A stretch of 58,728 nt of DNA from Octopus bimaculoides (Eukaryota): positions 34,159,084-34,217,811 of the forward strand of contig NC_069003.1 of NCBI RefSeq assembly GCF_001194135.2. Reading direction: 5' to 3'. The stretch's first letter is position 1; each line of letters begins with the position of its first letter. Below, piece after piece: positions 56,860 to 58,728 of the stretch. Below the pieces are notes generated by a model. It was not told the DNA's origin, ran no database searches, and worked only from the letters and a program-made list of their open reading frames with translations. A program made the translations under genes and the position numbers.

Positions 56860-57490
56860 AATGCAGTATATGGGGATTGGACAAGTGTAAACCAGTGTCA
56901 ATGGTGGTTCAAGAAATATCGAGCCAGAAACTACAGCCTAGGAGATGAGCCTTGTCCTAAAAGTTCTGTAGAACTTGATGAGGACATCTTGGTGGAACAA
57001 AATCCCATTGTAACTGTTGAAGAACTAGCAGAGAAGCTTGGATTTGGTCATTCAACCAGTCATTCAAGTCAGCACTAGAAGCAAAACAACCATCTTTGGT
57101 TTCAAGACAAAAGGTGTTCTTCCATCAGGATAATGCTCAACCACATACAGTGAGGATGACATTCCAAAGGCTGGAGCAGTTTGAATGGGAAATGATGTCC
57201 CACCCACCATATTTGCCAGACATTGCCCCATCTGATTATCCTTTATTCCGCAGTCTTCAAAATCATTTGCATGGAAAAAATATGAATTCTAGAGACAAGG
57301 TCAGAACAGTATTGGAGGAGCATTTTTTTGTCACGTACAAGTGAACTTTGGAAGAGGGGCCTTGCAATTCTACCAGATAGATGGGAGGGAATTGTAGAAA
57401 ATGAAGGAGAGTATATTTTAGATTCAAAAAGAAATTTGTTTATCTTAATTTTGAAAAGATAAAAGAAGTATAAAAAAACTATGCTATAAG
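56860..57490 (+). mobile_element. Decayed, internally deleted mariner transposon
   Basis: QCQWWFKKYRA, VFFHQDNAQPH, HPPYLPDIAPSDYPLFRSLQNHL and terminal RWEGIVENEGEYI motifs. Confidence 0.92.
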
Positions 57491-57491
57491 T

Positions 57492-57543
<52 letters not shown>

Positions 57544-58350
57544 GTGTATGTTTTATGTATGTGCTTTTATGATTATATCTTTGTAAATCACCAACTCTTG
57601 TCAAGCCAACCAGCCTATGCCAGCATGGAAAACCAACATTAAATGGTGACGATGCTGCTGTTGCTGATGATGATGATGATGATAACCTCCCCAACACCAT
57701 CTTTAACCTAAGTGGTAATACAAATAGGTATTACAAGCGTATATATAAGTACACACACACATGCACGTACACACATTCTTAAATGTATTTCAATCTTTTT
57801 CTGCCCCCAACACAGATGGTATTTTTACGCTCGTTTCCAACATACATTTCACTCAAAACTATTTCATATTTTTCATAATTAACGGCTTTTCATAAATATG
57901 AATTTTTAGTGTTTTCTTCTATAATTTAGTGGTATTCACACTTTATTCAACCATTTTAATAACTCGTACATTTTTTTTTTCCTGTAACAAGAGTACTTTA
58001 CAGCATGCATACAAATATTATTCATATATAAATATATATATATATATTAATAATAATAAGGGAGTATAAAGAATTCATTAAGAGACTTAATAAATCAAAA
58101 TTTCTTTACACATCTTCAGGAATAAATATAACACCAGAAAACTACATTCAGTTTAAAAATACAAACCGTTCATGGCGAAAAAATTTCACAATTCTCTCTC
58201 TCTCTCTCATTTCTCTTTTTTTTTTTCCCCATTTGTAATTTTATTTTTGATCTTTTATATAAATAAAGATATTTCCTCTATCTGGCTGCTTTTCTTTCTA
58301 CAAAACGCGAAGTTACATTGCGGAACTGCTATTTTAACGAGCTGTGTCTA

Positions 58351-58462
58351 TTTATCACCCGAAGAGATACATCTGCACCACCGGATGGCCCTGAACTAGT
58401 TGTTGAGCGTCCCACCCATAGGGGATCAATGCTAGATGTGTCGAAACAATTGTCGTGATTAA
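58351..58462 (+). ncRNA. Type I hammerhead ribozyme fold (dimer-type; U4C core variant)
   Basis: Stem I ATCAC/GTGAT, core CCGAAGA, 9-bp stem II GATACATCT/AGATGTGTC, GAAAC-AATT-GTC. Confidence 0.7.
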
Positions 58463-58550
58463 CAATAAATTTACATATATTCCATCTTCTGTCTTTCATT
58501 TGCCATATATATTGGCTGCTTGTTTCTCTGGAGACTGTCAGAATAATGTA

Positions 58551-58600
58551 AACGCCTCTGACGAGAACCTAGTAAGGTTCAAAAATCGATTAAGGTTGTT
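58551..58600 (+). ncRNA. Type I hammerhead ribozyme fold (dimer-type; G12A core variant)
   Basis: Stem I GCCT/AGGT, core CTGACGA, stem II GAACC-TAGTAA-GGTTC, AAAA in place of GAAA, palindromic AATCGATT, then A. Confidence 0.65.
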
Positions 58601-58728
58601 CATCATTTTTTCAGTCTGCAGAGAAATGGCTAAAACTTGCTGTTTATAATTATACCATGTTACATGTTCATTATATGATATATACATGTATGTATATACA
58701 GTATATATATATATATATATATATATAT

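Overview
AT-rich eukaryotic (animal) genomic DNA, dense in microsatellites and SINEs, with eight assembly gaps. The repeat landscape looks like a coleoid cephalopod, probably Octopus; this is inferred from recalled repeat families and was not verified. I built three spliced genes by hand from GT-AG junctions with consistent phases: (1) CTU1 on +, 15 coding exons, 8418-18272, 401 aa; (2) TMEM50 on -, 6 coding exons, 26585-20708, 159 aa, convergent with CTU1; (3) a divergent LAP1/LULL1 (TOR1AIP)-like torsin cofactor on +, with a large last exon at 38113-39168 and a likely first exon at 32432-32521. The rest is mostly transposon debris: mariner, pogo, hAT and piggyBac-type MITEs; Dong/R4-like, CRE-like, RTE, Tx1-like LINE fragments; and several SINE families. 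The most unusual items are a tandem pair of dimer-type hammerhead ribozyme folds at 58351-58600, a 37-nt variant hammerhead at 29244-29280 (-), and a 608-bp palindromic transposon with a (CCCTAA)n(TTAGGG)n core whose empty insertion site is also present in the window. Repeat boundaries are approximate and no database searches were run.
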